From Octopus sinensis (Eukaryota): a DNA stretch of 64,000 bases. This document shows positions 39,641 through 51,074 of this stretch, piece after piece (the stretch's first letter is position 1; each line of letters starts with the position of its first letter). The translations under genes were made by a program, and so were the position numbers. Under the pieces are notes generated by a model. It was given only the letters and a program-made list of their open reading frames with translations, did no database searches and was not told where the DNA came from. The stretch lies in contig NC_042997.1 in assembly GCF_006345805.1 (NCBI RefSeq), positions 18,476,001 through 18,540,000 on the forward strand, given 5' to 3'.

Positions 39641-39754
39641 CCTGTTAAGCAGTTCAGCTCTTACTAACTTTGTCCAAATCTCTTTCGTGATGTCGAAGGA
39701 AGTCAAGTAATAATCTCGTAACTGGTTACCGGTTAATTAGAAATTGTTCATAAA
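39641..39754 (-). CDS. Putative exon (YEQFLIN[Q/R][27 protein letters not shown]) with a 7-nt duplication
   Basis: Acceptor ctatttcag, donor AGG|gtaatt; open only after removing one of AACCGGT/AACCAGT, or by using the internal ccag acceptor at 39722 (81-nt exon). Confidence 0.5.
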
Positions 39755-39959
39755 CTGAAATAGTTCAAAGTTTATTTTGAAAGTAAAAATGTGTCATTAA
39801 CTAGGAGTTATTTTGAGAAGTAACTTAGATCTTTATAGCCATTGATATAAAGTAAATTTCTTTAATTCTTTGATGTAGGAACTTGAATAAGTGCCAAAAT
39901 ATTTCTCATATACATACTTACACACACATATGCCTTATTTTAATATATTATATACATAC

Positions 39960-40026
<67 letters not shown>

Positions 40027-42730
40027 TATATATATATGTATATATATCATATGTATACATACATATATATTTGTATGTATATGTCATTTATTTATTACTT
40101 CCCTGAAAACAAAAAAGCAAGATTCTGATATAGTTTAAGATAAAGACTAAGAACAAAGTATTATTAATTTTTTTGTTTGATTATAAACCTTTGACATATT
40201 GTTTGAATAAAGTAACTTTTTAAGCTAAAAAAATCTTGAACATTTTCCCATTATTTCTTTCATGTCCGTTGGATTTTATTGCATTTTTTTATTTCACAGA
40301 TACTTGGTTGTGGTTGTCTCCCTTATTTCATTACATTTTGGTCTTTGGCAAGGTTCATTACTCCAGAACAGTCAGTTTGTTTAGCTGAACAATGAAGTAT
40401 AAAATTGTTTAACACTTATGTGATTATCCTACCAAGAGTGTTCAGAAAATACTTTAAGGAAAATGTCAACATTTGAAGAATATTATAAGATGGTATAATA
40501 ACATTAAAATGTAAGCAAAAATTAATTTTAATTAAAAGTATAATTTGCACATAATAAAAAACTAGACTATTAAGATGCTTTCCCCATTTTCTGCAATAAA
40601 ACCTATCATCGGTCTCTAAGTAAAACCTCTTCAAGAATAAATATTTATGGTATGTTCTTCACATATCTAATTTGTAATCATATATATGGCAAACACATTG
40701 ATGGAAGCCAGAAAGTTTCCCAACATCACACTCAATTTGTAAAATATGTGAAACTGTGAAATTTAGATGTCTTTTTTGTAAATTGTTTGCACAGAAGTAG
40801 TTTCATAAGTCTGAAGCCCTCCATTCCCATTTGTCACTCTTTGCCATTTGGACTGACAACTGTTGCCAAATCCTCTAATGAGTTAAATCTTAATGGAAAT
40901 ATCTATGAGATATCAGAATACTCTAGATAACTAATGAAGTTGTTGTTTAGCTTCATGTTAGCCCTGAACCAGTGGGCCTATGATTAAAAGTGTTTCAATC
41001 ATGACATCATGTTTTTTATTTGCCACATTATCCAATATGTTCTTCTAATAAAAAAGATGGTAGTGTGTAATTTGAGAAAAGATATGGAATTTTGATTCTG
41101 TCTTTGGCAGGTAAATTGACTCTATAGACGTCTGTTCATAGACACCATTAAATCATATGACTTGGTAGAATCTCCTTTGTTGCTATGTATAAAGATGTAA
41201 TCCAAAGACACATAACAGGAAATCTCAAATGGAGTGATTACCAAAGTAACTAGCGAGATGGTTTCATCAATACAAATCACATCATGAAACAAAAAAGCTG
41301 CTAAATTTTTATCATAATGAATTCAAATGGACTGTTAGTAGAATCTATAAAGGTAACATAGAATAATTTTTATTCAATATTGTTAATTTGTCCTGCACTG
41401 ATATTAGGACACCAGTATTATCCATATTGAGGTTTCCATTTTATGATCTAGTTCAATGTATCTGGTACCCAATATTTTACTCATGGTAATTGGGCCAATT
41501 TCATTATGCAGTTTATATATATTTGCAATTTAGACTCAAGCCAACAGATTTATACCTATCTACAACTCAACTTTATATTGGTAAATGAATAAAATATTAT
41601 TCTAGTAATTCTATCATATATCATTTTTGTAAACAACTTTATGCTTAAGGCAGAATTTCTAACAAATTACTCTCTCAACTCATAGATTCTAAGTCCACAA
41701 ATTAATAAAAGTACTCTTCAATATATATATATATGTTTACACGCACACACGCACACACATAAAAACACCCACACATACACATATTTATTCACATAAAGTA
41801 CATACATTTAAATTTAAATCAAGATCGACTTTGATGCTATGAAAAGCCAGAGATAACCCTTCTATCTGTTATATGAAGCAGCTAAAAAATTCTTGAATGA
41901 AGATTCCTCAAGCTAAAATCACTTTATGGCAAAACAATTTTGGCAACAAGCATTTTCATTTGTAAAAAATGGCTATCACAGATAGTATTTTCTATTCCAA
42001 CTCGTGATGCTAATTGATCTTCTCAAAATATTGAGAATCATAAAAAATCTGCCATAATAGAAATCAAAAATAATGTAAGCAAACCATTTCTGCCATCACT
42101 AAATTCTTATATATCTTCACATGCAACTGAAGACCGAGAAGACTGTGGAATATATTCAATTTAAGAACATTTTGAAACCACAATTTGTAAAATAATTTTT
42201 TCAGTTTTCCTAAGCTATCATTGAGTGACAGACTACTTTTAGTGTGATTAAAGAGAAGTTTAACTGGTCTCATGTTAAAAGTTGTCAATAATGTTGCTAG
42301 TGAGCACAAGGAATCATGTGATGTTAATTACTGGACAATTTATATCACAGCTGCTATTATTCTTAAAGAACGCTAGGAGAAACCTACAGTGCATATGCTA
42401 ATGAAATTACTAATCAGAAGCAGACCTAAGTGGAAACAAAACTTGAAGTAAATATCAATAATAAGCATCACTATTTAGGATATTTAACCATGACAATGAA
42501 ATATAAGGGTAATAATGAGCTCACTATTTACATCTTATGAAAAATTAAGTCTGTGGTGTCTCTTCATGCCAAGCTCTTGAGGGAAAGCTAATTACTTTAA
42601 AGCATGAATTCAGAATGCTAAGCAGAAAATTTCATTATCATAGGAACATTGTTGAGCAAGTCATTATAAATCACAAGTTTGATTTCAATCCACATGCATT
42701 ATACTGGGAGATGAGAAAGAAAAGTATTAC

Positions 42731-42780
42731 CATTAACAAATCCCCATTTCAATATCTTGAATAATTTTGGTCTTAAAGGT
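42731..42780 (-). CDS. Putative exon (PLRPKLFKILKWGFVN)
   Basis: Strong acceptor tctctctttacttttcag, donor G|gtaata; 50 nt, phase 2 to 1. Confidence 0.4.
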
Positions 42781-42976
42781 CTGAAAAGTAAAGAGAGATT
42801 TGAAACAGAAGGCATCGTGGCTAAATGCAATTAGGAGAAAATACTCAACTAGCATTAGCAGTAAAACATGCACAATTAAACATTTAATTTTCATCATATG
42901 GGTAGGCAAACTAAATAATGGTAAAGCACCCAAAGGATACCTAACGGCCAGATACTGATACAAAAGACTGACTTAC

Positions 42977-42996
42977 CAATAGCCATTGATACATAT
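42977..42996 (-). CDS. Candidate 20-nt micro-exon
   Basis: Acceptor aatcattttgtag, donor G|gtaagt; reading frame ambiguous. Confidence 0.25.
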
Positions 42997-43622
42997 CTAC
43001 AAAATGATTACAGAAGGCTAGTTTGACATATCAAACTAGCTTGCTATAGCATGGATGAATATTGTAACCAAGAATAAAACCATCAACTTGGCAGAAAAAC
43101 TATAGGCTCATTACTTGACTAGACATTTTATACAAGCTTTATGTAAGCTGCCTTAACCAATTGTGAGGCCAACAATACGGTAAGTGGCAAACAGGCAGGC
43201 GGAAAGAAGAGAGTGCAGGGATATGCTGAGCAATTTTTGTTAAAAAAGTTGTGCAATCCAAAGTAAGAAAATTTCACAGGGTTCTTGTTATAATATACCT
43301 TGATTAAAGGAAAGCATTCAACTCTATTTCTCAGTCATGGTTGCTGAATCTCTGCACTTAGTAAAAGTATCTGCTATCTTAGTCACAGTGATTGGGAGTC
43401 TATTGTTTAGGAAAATACTATTTACTTGTTTAAGAGTTGTAATGGATAAATTGCGAAAATAGCTCTAACAGTTCAAATACTAGGAAATAATCATACTCAT
43501 TTTCATTTTTACCAAATAATTTAGGAAAATGAATGGGTTATTTCCCTTGGCTATATATAAGGATCCCTTCCAGGGTCCCTATTATTGATGCCATGAGGTT
43601 TCCAGACATGAGTTCTACTCAC

Positions 43623-43668
43623 GTGTCAAGATTCATCAAAATCAATAAAACAATGTAGGAGGAATTAG
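43623..43668 (-). CDS. Candidate exon (NSSYIVLLILMNLDT)
   Basis: Acceptor ttgttag, donor gtgagt; phase 1 to 2 fits the flanking candidates. Confidence 0.3.
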
Positions 43669-44050
43669 CTAACAACTCCACAAACATACACACAGACAGA
43701 ATTTCCCACATATATAGTAGATGTATATATATATATGGATAGCAGACAGTTATGTGCAAGTATACTGTATAGTTATTGACAAATTTGTTAACAGAAAAGC
43801 TAGTTTACTGTATTACAAAGAATGATAAATACCAACATTGATACGATGCCAGAATTGAAAGACTATTAATATACCAAAATATCAAAATGACAGAGTAAAT
43901 ATATAAAGTGTTATAGGTGAATCCCAGGAGGGGTCAGTTTGTATTCATTATGCAACTGAAGTTATGGTTTTGACTAAAATTGTCTTCATTAAAAACTTTA
44001 TAGATAATCAACTTCCTTCATAAAATTCGACAAAATTTTAGATTAATTAC

Positions 44051-44174
44051 TTGAAGTTTCATTTCTGTTGTTATGCCAAAATGTGGAATAACCAGTTATA
44101 TTCAAATCTTCAAGATATATTGAATACAGATTTGCCATTTCAGTGTCTGATTTGAAACTTTTGATCATCTTAAA
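44051..44174 (-). CDS. Putative exon (FKMIKSFKSDTEMANLYSIYLEDLNITGYSTFWHNNRNETS)
   Basis: Acceptor cttattctaaatag, donor gtaatt; 124 nt open, phase 0 to 1. Confidence 0.4.
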
Positions 44175-44293
44175 CTATTTAGAATAAGATGGTTTTGTCA
44201 TGTAATTTCCATTATTTAGAAATTCGCCTTAGGTTGCAATATTTAATAAGCTTATAAGACAGTTAAATATAAAAGTTTGTTTAATTAAACAAC

Positions 44294-44431
44294 CTTGCGG
44301 ATATTATGAACAAACCAATCTGTTGTTTTTGTTGTGATGGCAATAGGAGATGTTGGTGAAGTTGTTATTGTTGTTTTGGCTGATAGTGCTGCTTCAGTTT
44401 GTCTGGACTTCATGTTCACTGTCTCCTTCAT
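44294..44431 (-). CDS. Putative first coding exon (MKETVNMKSRQ...TTDWFVHNIRK)
   Basis: ATG preceded by an in-frame stop, 46 open codons, higher GC, donor AAG|gttgtt (weak), 119-nt intron to the next candidate. Confidence 0.4.
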
Positions 44432-44929
44432 CCTAACCTTTCATTTCTCTGGCCACTGTTAATCGACCGGTCATCAGCTTGCAGCATTGCTCGTCCAGTT
44501 TTCATCTCTCATTCCATTTTATCTGTCCATACATTGACAACCAACTTAAGCTAAATGGTACATAATTAATTTCTTGGAGGCTATCTTAATCAATTTTACA
44601 GACTTATGTCACATAACTCAAAATAAGATTATCCTATTGTTGTATTAAAGTATTAAGGGGCCACTTTCTCCTCAGAAACTATAAACATAAATGTGTTTAT
44701 ATATATATATATATACAGGTATATATATGCTTATATGTATGTATATATGTTTGAATGTATGTGTATGTACATGTGAGTGTGAGTACACACACATACATAT
44801 GTATATAAACATATTTGTCTGTCTGTCTGTCTCTCTTTCTCTCTCTCTCTATCCCTCTATACATACATACATGCAAACATATAAACTGGAATTATATAAG
44901 AGAAATTGACTTGCTACTTCCTACATTAT

Positions 44930-45055
44930 AAGTGCAGTCTGTGAATGGAACAGTAAAAATATGCAAGATTTTTCTGTGTTAACTACATCCCATAGATAGA
45001 GCCTTGTATCTCTGTTTGAAACTGGCTCCCTCCTCGGTGGAAGATTTATAATACT
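44930..45055 (+). mobile_element. 3' UTR fragment of the R4/Dong-like family seen at 33.4 kb
   Basis: Reverse complement matches taaatcttccactgaggagagagccagtttccaac...ctatctttgggatgtagttaacacag. Confidence 0.8.
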
Positions 45056-45179
45056 TACAAAATAGAAGTGACACACATACAGATACACAAAATCATATAT
45101 ATTAAGAGGAAGGGGATAAGGGGATACCTCATATATATATGAAAGCAAACAACAGAATAACATGACACCATGGAAACAT

Positions 45180-46330
45180 GAGCCCTAAATTATTAGAACT
45201 AAATGTAGAACCTACTGAGGAAGGACTTTTGAAAGTTTTACATAAATTATTCAGCATTTCAACAGCCAAGCAGGCAGTGACAATTTCTTGGGTGAACTTC
45301 TCAAGTGGCCATGGTGAGAACGCTTTACCCTGATACCACTTACCCTTCTTACAACCATGAGCCATTTCTCTCATTTTGCCTAATCTCTACAAGCATTTCG
45401 CCCTTTGCTGGAGACAGGAAACCATCCAATGTAAAATGACAAATGCTAATATCGTATTAATATAAGAACAAATGAGACAGGAGTATCAGCATTAATTATA
45501 AAGGTGTTTATTTAACAAAAGAAAAGTATAAGCCAGTATTCTTTTTAAGCAACTATGAAATTTGGTAGAAAGAAAACTATTTGGAATAAAATGGGTTCAG
45601 GTCTGACAAATGTACTACTGACATGGTATTCTTACTGTATCTGCTTCAGAAAGAGTGTCATGAAAAAAGGAAGGACCATTATATTCCCTTTATAGATCTA
45701 ACTGAAGCATTTGCTCCAGTCAGCATGCCATGACTTTCTAAAGTATTAAATAATACGAGATACTTTCCAGGATTACTCAAGGTAGTTACCTTCTTCCATG
45801 ACGATGTGGAAGTCACTGTAGGGTTTGATGGCCCAACTCCAGACAGTGTTGATACTAAGAGTGGAATCATGCAGGGTTGCACATTTGCCTTAACTCTGTT
45901 TTCTGTAGTGTGAATCCAAAGAAACCTCTGCTGATATTTCCTCCACTGGAGAACAGATGAATTCTTATTGAACATAGTATGATTGAATAGCGAAACCAAG
46001 GTATCAAAATCCATAATTCAACAAGCTTGCAATTTGCTGACAATCTTTCCTTGGCAGGCAAAGTCATTTCACTAAAATTCAGCACAAAGAAAGCAATTAT
46101 CTTATCACAAGAATGCTGTACTCCTGTTTACATCATCTTGGATTGACGCCAGTTAGTAAAAGTTGATAATTTTTCTGTTTAGGCTCTTCTGTGTCATCAC
46201 TTATCTTTAGACAAAGAAATTGATATTAGAATAGCCAAGGTAGGCACAACATTTGGAAACCTTACAAAAAGAAAGTGAAAGAACAAAATGCTCAATCAGA
46301 ATTTATGAAACATGCATCCTCAGCATATTG
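45180..46330 (+). mobile_element. Degenerate RTE LINE RT region
   Basis: EPTEEGLLK, FIDLTEAF, SGIMQGCTFALTLFS; heavily disrupted. Confidence 0.75.
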
Positions 46331-46434
46331 CATTGCTGAATAGTTCTGAACTACAGACTGTTTTATACATATATGCATTTATATATGCATACATATACAT
46401 ATATATGTACTTTGTAAGTACATATATATATACT

Positions 46435-46700
46435 GTTTGTAAGTACATGTTAGTTAGTTAGTTAATTTTTTGGCTCAAAAAGCAAAAAGCAAGGCCATGT
46501 AGAGGGACATGGAGTTATGTACAGGGTGGTGTTCATGTAAAGAGTTCAGGCCACCGCTCGGTTCAAAGTCTCCCTTGACCTCAAGTGGCCTGAACTCTTT
46601 ACATGAATACCACCCTGTACATAACTCCATGTCCCCCTACATGGCCTTGCTTTTTGCTTTTTGGGCCAAAAAATTAACTAACTAACATGTACTTACAAAC
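46435..46700. repeat. Fold-back inverted duplication, ~116-120-bp arms, 30-nt loop
   Basis: gtttgtaagtacatgttagttag...ttcaggccac and gtggcctgaac...catgtacttacaaac. Confidence 0.95.
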
Positions 46701-48202
46701 ACACACATGTATTTATGAGACAGTAAAATCCTTCTCTGTATCTTTTTTGTTGTATGCATCGTGAAAATCATGGATACTCTCAATCCACTGCTCATTTTAC
46801 ACACTTCTGATTTCCTTCTGAATTTTTGGTTTAACAGTTTTATATTGGACCAATAGATTTTAATTTTGGTGCTGGTGTTTAGATCAACGACTTTGAAAGA
46901 TTAATAAATCTTGTATATACTTATTATTCTGAAATCTGTTATTGTTTTTAAGCTTGATAAGCTCCATTACTTCAGTAGACCTGAGTTTTGGAACATCCCT
47001 GTTGATAGTACTCTAGATTAAAGGTTACTACAAAATGGCAGCATGTACCTTGTTTGATAGAGTATTCCTTCAACTTTACAATATCAAATTTTTTTAAGCA
47101 ATGAAAATTCTACTTTCTTATTACTGCCTCTTTTTACAAGGATAATAAGCTTTGTATATACGTATTGCTATCAAACCAGTCCTTGAACCTTGATTTTGAC
47201 GAAATTCTAATGAATAGGATTCCTCAAAAAATTAAACTTGTTCTTATTGTCACCTGACAGAAATTTCCTTTAATATTGCCTGATCAAGCATATTCAAGCA
47301 TTGAAAATTCGGCTGTGCCTCTTAAAATCAGGACATCCCTCACACTATTCAAATCATTTTAGTTAGAGTGAAATCAATCATAAGCCATTTATTGGAATCT
47401 AGGTGCATTCAAGTTACTTTGAGAATCTGCCTATGTTCAAAGGCTGTATTATAAATAATGAAATTCTATTCTGTGTACATTTGTAGCATAAGTAAACCAT
47501 TGGAGTGTAACAGATTATTTCATCCTACAACATCCTAAACTGTTCGATATTCTAAAATTTTCACCAACTTATGCTTTGAAGTCCTCACTAAATATTACTT
47601 GTACTAGAATTCTCTCAAGTAATACCTTTTAATTGCTCATAAAAACCCATTCTTGTATTCATCAGAACCATTTATTGTTGGTGCATAAGCATTGATAAGT
47701 GTCACTGAGTGACCGCAGGAAAGAAACATGGACAAAGACATTAGTTTGTATTTAAACTGGTAGTTCAGTAAAATTTGGTGCTAATTGTTATATAGTATTT
47801 GGTATATAGATCTTCACCAGCATAACAACTCTCATTATACATTTTGTACTTTGCCAGTTTCATAGCCAATAAACAAGTATTTCTTTTGATAGGTTTCTAA
47901 TTATAACACAAAATCCTTACAATCCAACGGTCAACCAGATACATGTCTTTTGACTGTTGCTTGATGCTGATCTTGACAAGAAGCTATTTCACAATGACTG
48001 AAGCACACAAGCCTGTCTATCGTAACATGCTTACAACATGCTTATTTGTTATCTCATGTATTTCCATGTACCCCCACACTATTGTGAAATAGATGTTCTC
48101 CTTATGTTGGGGTCATTTGTCCATTTGATAGCCTTGGTTTAGTCTTGGGTTTCTATCAGCCATCCTCAGCAAGATAACTGGTTTAGTTTATATATACATA
48201 GA

Positions 48203-48362
48203 GGCATAGGTGTGACTGTATATTAGCAAGCTTGCTTCCCAACCACATGGTCTAGGTTCAGTCCTACTGTGTGACACCTTGGGCAAGTGTCTTATACACT
48301 TGGCCCAGCTAAAACCTTGTGCGTGGATTTAGTAGTTGGAAACTGAAAGAAGTACATTACGT
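48203..48362 (+). mobile_element. SINE family B copy
   Basis: agcaagcttgcttcccaaccacatgg...gacaccttgggcaagtgtc. Confidence 0.8.
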
Positions 48363-48408
48363 GGGTGTGTATTTGTGTGTGTGTGTGGTGTGTGTGTGTG
48401 TATAAGAT

Positions 48409-48650
48409 ATATATAAATTAGAGAAAAACCACTATTATATAATTCAAACAATGATAGACATAAACCATATCATATAGAAAAAATAAAATATATTATAAAA
48501 CATATAACTAGATCACAAAAAGTATAAAAAGTACAAAAAGTGTGATCTAGTTATATGTTTTATAATATATTTTATTTTTTCTATATGATTTGGTTTATGT
48601 CTATCATTGTTTGAATTACATATTAGTGGTTTTTCTCTAATTTGTATATA
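48409..48650. repeat. AT-rich inverted duplication, ~110-bp arms, 23-nt loop
   Basis: atataaattagagaaaaaccact...ctagatcaca and tgtgatctag...agtggtttttctctaatttgtatat. Confidence 0.95.
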
Positions 48651-48724
48651 TTATATATTTATATGGTGAAATTTGATTTAATACTAAATTGAATTTTCCC
48701 CTGTAAGTTTGGAGTTATACTCCC

Positions 48725-48770
<46 letters not shown>

Positions 48771-48841
48771 TAAAAACGGTAAGATAACAAAAGAAAGAAA
48801 GAGACCTCAATATGATGTAAATAGAGGAATTTATCTGTAAT

Positions 48842-49105
48842 TATAATATGTGACAATTATTCTGAGTTTCGGATGCCAAGGTGGAAATCCACACCACCAT
48901 CTCTTCAGTTATCCAGCCATCAGAAAAACGCTATGAAAAAAGACCGTTATACAAATAACACAGTAATTTCCCTTTGTATAATGGTCTTTTTTCATAGCAC
49001 TTTTCTGATGGCCGGATAACTGAAGAGTTGGTGGTGTGGATTTCCACCTCGGTATCTGAAACTCAGAGTTTTATCTTAGCTACCGAATAATTGTCACATA
49101 TTATA
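48842..49105. repeat. Inverted pair of Penelope-type pseudo-LTR segments (~115 and ~133-bp arms) containing hammerhead motifs
   Basis: Arms 48842-48955 and 48973-49105; the right arm has 19 extra nt (agttttatcttagctaccg). Confidence 0.9.
49015..49075 (+). ncRNA. Type-I hammerhead ribozyme motif with a long stem II
   Basis: GAUAA-CUGAAGA-(GUGG/CCAC-containing stem II)-GAAA-CUC-A-GAG-UU^UUAUC; stem I GAUAA/UUAUC perfect; base of stem II irregular. Confidence 0.65.
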
Positions 49106-49164
49106 TATATCATCATCATCATCGTCGTTTAGCATCCGTTTTCCATGCTAGCATGGGTTGGACA

Positions 49165-49203
<39 letters not shown>

Positions 49204-49263
49204 TCCCTCTCTCTCTCTCTCTTTCGGAGAGGCACTGAGCAGCTATACGCGCACATACACACA

Positions 49264-49408
49264 CGGCAGTAACTTCCGCCTACTGAATTCAATCACAAAG
49301 CTTTGGTCGACTCGAGGCTATAGTGAAAGACACCTACCCAAAGTGCCACGCAGTGGGACTGAACCCGAAACCATGTAGCTAGGAAGCAAGCTCCCTAACC
49401 ACACAGCC

Positions 49409-49410
<2 letters not shown>
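49264..49410 (-). mobile_element. SINE family B copy
   Basis: Reverse complement of ggctgtgtggttagggagcttgcttcc...gtcccactgcgtggcactttgggtaggtgtc. Confidence 0.8.
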
Positions 49411-49439
<29 letters not shown>

Positions 49440-49583
49440 ATTTATCATTTACATGTTTTAATCTTTAAGCTGCAGCCATGCTGGGGCACTGCATTGGATT
49501 TTTAGTCAAATGAATTAACTCCACTACCTCTTTGTTTAAGTCTGGTACTTATTCTATTGACCTCTTTTGCTGTACAGTTATGT

Positions 49584-49687
49584 TACAATGGCTTAGAAAA
49601 AGATAAATAATCTGGTGGATAACCATGGAGCTTTAGCTTTGGTTAGTAAGGGTTAGTATGTTTAACACTAAATTTTGGGTTGTGGAC

Positions 49688-49725
<38 letters not shown>

Positions 49726-49840
49726 ACATCATCATATATATTATATATAAAGGTAAGATCCATGGATCCAAGTGTAGGAAGTTAGTAAGCTTCAGGCAGT
49801 CCACAGAATGTATAAAAAAACACACATTTTCATTACAGTT
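49584..49840 (-). repeat. Left copy of a ~270-bp inverted duplication (partner 52865-53140)
   Basis: Reverse complement matches 52865-53140, including cattctgtggactgcctgaagcttactaacttcc and ccatggttatccaccagattattt. Confidence 0.9.
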
Positions 49841-49899
49841 ATGCAACACTGGTTTTCAAGTGATGGTGGGACAAATACAAAGACACACATAATATATAT

Positions 49900-50150
49900 A
49901 TCTTATATATAAAATAGATCTCTGTGTATGTGTGTTCCCTTTTCACACAAAAATGACTGCACAAATTGGTTCCCTACTTGGGGTGCATGAATAATTTGAC
50001 CTGTAATACAATAATATGGTCCTGATTTATTTTATATCAAAAATGAATAATATTGCTTTATATAAGATTAACTTCTTTAAAAAGGATTTTTAATGTGAAC
50101 TTCCAGCACTGATGTAGCAACTGCAGTTAGCTAGACACACAAATGTATGT
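49900..50150 (+). mobile_element. Helitron 5'-end-derived fragment
   Basis: tcttatatataaaa start; ttttcacacaaaaatgactgc...gaataatttgacc...aataatatggtcctgattt homologous to 51100-51200. Confidence 0.55.
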
Positions 50151-50596
50151 CTGACATAGCAAATGTGCCTAGCTACACACACGAACATGTATGTATACAA
50201 TATGCTGTTGATGAATATTTACATTTTAACTGGTTCTATTTCATTTCAGTCACATTGTTTTTTTTGTTCCCGGGGAAAATACATGAATGTCACAGCTTCC
50301 TATATATTTTTAACTTGAAAATCTTACTCTTCCCATTCCTAATAGAAACACTTTGTGTGTGTTGGGACAACGTTTTTTGTTTTTTTTCTAAGGATTTCTG
50401 CTGCCTTTCTTCTAAGGAGTTCTGTTGTCTTTCTTCTAAAGAATACTGTTACTATCTATCTCTCTGTCTATCTAAATCTATATCTATTTATCTCTGTATC
50501 TAATAAACTATCTATATCCATCTATACCTATTTATCTATCCAATCTATCTATCTAGCTATATCTATCTGTCTATCTATCTATCTATCTATCTATCT

Positions 50597-50885
50597 GTGG
50601 AGGCACAATGGCCCAGTGGTTAGGGCAGCGGACTCAGAGGATTGTGGTTTCGATTTCCAGACCGGGTATTGTGTGTGTTTATTGAGCAAAAGTACCTAAA
50701 AGCTCCACGAGGCTCCAACTGGGGATGGTGGCAACCCCTGTCATACTCTGTCACCATAACTTTCTCTCACTCTCTCTTCCTGTTTCTTGAGTAACTCTGT
50801 GATGGACTGGTGACCCGTCCAGCTGGGGGAACACATATGCCACAGAAACCGGGAAACTGGGCCATGAGCCTGGCTAGGCTTGAAA
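50597..50885 (+). mobile_element. tRNA-derived SINE (family C, tail type 2)
   Basis: Same head as the 34973 copy; different tail gatggactggtgacccgtccagctgg...gccacagaaaccgggaaactgggcc. Confidence 0.85.
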
Positions 50886-50986
50886 ATTTAGGAAAAAAAT
50901 CTATCTATCTATCTGCCTGCTTGCCTTCCAGCCTACCTGCCTACCTACCTACCTACCAACCTACCTACCTACCTATCTATCTATCA

Positions 50987-51053
<67 letters not shown>

Positions 51054-51074
51054 GATCTATCTATCTATCTATCT

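Noticed and set aside
42733-42963. YLAVRYPL resembling a GPCR DRY-region motif
   Set aside because: It lies in a predicted intron just after a gtaagt donor, and no other transmembrane helices are in frame
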